From contig DASYGC010000353.1 in assembly GCA_036000225.1 (NCBI GenBank), positions 1 through 26,741 on the forward strand: DNA of 26,741 nt. The letters are read 5' to 3'. Position numbers and translations under genes: made by a program. The notes below the pieces were generated by a model, which ran no database searches, was not told the origin of the DNA, and was given only the letters and a program-made list of their open reading frames with translations. The DNA comes from Ktedonobacterales bacterium (GTDB lineage: Bacteria > Chloroflexota > Ktedonobacteria > Ktedonobacterales > JADMIN01). This document shows positions 25,183 to 26,741 of this stretch, one piece after another (position 1 is the first letter of the stretch; every line of letters begins with the position of its first letter).

Positions 25183-26741
25183 TCCTCGCCCAGGCGCAGC
25201 GTCTTGCCCAGACCGATGCGCGCCGCCGCGCGCGACGTGACCACCAGTCCAATCAGGAAGGCGACGAGCAGCGCGGCGTAGAAGATGGCGATGTTCAGCG
25301 GATCAACGAAGAGCCGGTCGGCTGGCACGCCGACGGTGGTGGCGTCGAGCGCGGCATCGTTGAACTGCAGATAGGGCAGCGTCGCGGTAGCCAGCACGGC
25401 GCCGAGCAGCGTGCCACCCACCAGGCCGAAGAGGTAGACCACCGCCTGTTCGCCCAGCAGCAGCCGGCTCAACTGGCGGGTGCGCATGCCTAGCGAGCGC
25501 AACACGGCGAACTGCACCGCGCGCTTGCGGGCGCTCAGGGCCGCCTGCACAATACTGCCCAGCAACGCTAGCGCCACCGCCAGCACCACCCCGGCGGCCA
25601 GCAGGCCGCGCATGCCGGTCTGCAACGGGCTATCGGTGATCGCGGTGCGCAGTTGCTGCCGATCAACCGTCGCGATCGCGCTGAGATTGGGCGTCAGGCG
25701 CGCCAGCGCCGCGGTGAACGCGGTGCGTTGCGCTGGGTCGGCGGGGGCCCGCAGCCAGAATTCGTTGGGGCCGAACGGCGGCGAACCGCGGATACCCGCC
25801 AGATCGCTGATGCCGACGACGATCAGGCCGCCGGGCGTTTGGCCGGGATAGTAGGTCGGGAAGTCCTGGATGATGCCCGCGACGACGAATACCGTCTGGT
25901 CGGCTGCGGCGCTGGCGAGTGCCAGCTGGAAGGTTTGTCCCTGCTGCAGATGCTGGGTCGCCGCGAACGCCGCGGTGACTAGCGCCGCGACCGGATGGTC
26001 GGCGCCGCCCAGGGAACTGATGCCAGTAGCGGTCGTCTGCCCGGCAGTGCCCGCCGGCCACTGGCGGGCCTGGAGCGTGGTCATGAGGCTGCTCAGCGAG
26101 GCGCTGGCGTAATCCGCGCGCCAGGAGGTCGCCCCCGCCACCTGGGGCCAGGTGCTCGGATCGACCGCCAGCACGGCGACGGGCAAACCACCCTGGTTGA
26201 GCGTCACCTGCGCGCTCCCCCGGAAGACCGGCGTCACTCCTGGCGCGCCGGGGAGCGCCGCCAGTTCACCCTGGGCGCGGGTGGCATCGCCACCGGCCAG
26301 CGTCTGGGCCACCACGACGCGGAAGTCGGCGCCCACCTGATAGGCCGCGCGGTCGCCGCCATTGTGGGTCAGTGACGTCGTGAAGGTCAGCGCGAAGAGC
26401 CCCAGCCCCACCCCCAGCGCCAGCAGCAGCGCCAGGCGCATCGGACCCGTGGCGCTGCGCGACACCTGGGAGAACGCGAGCATGCCCACCGCGCCACGGG
26501 CGCGGGCCGCCAGCCGCGCGCCCAGCCCCGCCGCCACCGGAAAGGCGCGCAGCACCAGCAATCCGCCGGCCAGCAAGAGCAGAGCGGGCGCCGCGAACAG
26601 GACCGGACTGCTGGCGGTCTGGCCCAACTCCGTACGCGCGCTCAGCCCGCCAAAGAGGCTGAGGTCCACATACGCCAGCACGCAGATGACCGCCAGCGCG
26701 ATATCCAGATAGAAGCGTCGCCAGAATGGTTGGTGATTGGC
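25179..26741 (-). CDS. FtsX/MacB-family ABC transporter permease, 5'-partial
   Basis: The frame is open to the window edge (ANHQPFWRRFYLD...). It contains AAYQVGAD, an extracytoplasmic domain, and the C-terminal FtsX unit RKRAVQFAVLRSLGM...LLLGEQ...GTLLG. Confidence 0.9.
   Translation of the reverse strand, partial: ANHQPFWRRFYLDIALAVICVLAYVDLSLFGGLSARTELGQTASSPVLFAAPALLLLAGGLLVLRAFPVAAGLGARLAARARGAVGMLAFSQVSRSATGPMRLALLLALGVGLGLFALTFTTSLTHNGGDRAAYQVGADFRVVVAQTLAGGDATRAQGELAALPGAPGVTPVFRGSAQVTLNQGGLPVAVLAVDPSTWPQVAGATSWRADYASASLSSLMTTLQARQWPAGTAGQTTATGISSLGGADHPVAALVTAAFAATQHLQQGQTFQLALASAAADQTVFVVAGIIQDFPTYYPGQTPGGLIVVGISDLAGIRGSPPFGPNEFWLRAPADPAQRTAFTAALARLTPNLSAIATVDRQQLRTAITDSPLQTGMRGLLAAGVVLAVALALLGSIVQAALSARKRAVQFAVLRSLGMRTRQLSRLLLGEQAVVYLFGLVGGTLLGAVLATATLPYLQFNDAALDATTVGVPADRLFVDPLNIAIFYAALLVAFLIGLVVTSRAAARIGLGKTLRLGED

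Noticed and set aside
1-26741. IS/transposase, integrase, tRNA, rRNA or prophage genes
   Set aside because: No DDE, HUH or tyrosine-recombinase motifs, cloverleaf structures or phage proteins were recognised.

Overview
High-GC bacterial chromosomal window. Gene content and style suggest a monoderm Chloroflexota, possibly Ktedonobacteria-like (inference only). Left part: a 5'-truncated histidine-kinase/LuxR chimeric ORF, an orphan HicB-like gene, and a minus-strand run (GNAT, DUF4126, membrane-anchored beta-propeller, rph, carboxylesterase). The centre (5560-23879) is an ~18 kb Wzy-dependent surface-polysaccharide locus. A PHP tyrosine phosphatase and a DUF4012 protein are transcribed divergently from an operon encoding a priming phosphoglycosyltransferase, a half GT-B protein, three GT4 glycosyltransferases, a Wzc-type co-polymerase/kinase with a repeat-built tail, a ~1090-aa Wzx-flippase/Wzy-like polymerase fusion, and a translationally coupled deacetylase, ATP-grasp and kinase module. 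Right part: a conserved membrane protein, a small orphan protein, a 38-codon beta-propeller remnant and a partial FtsX-type permease. GTAG-type REP-like hairpins occur between genes and inside one coding tail. No rRNA, tRNA, CRISPR array or transposase was recognised. All family assignments come from motif recognition by eye; no database searches were run.
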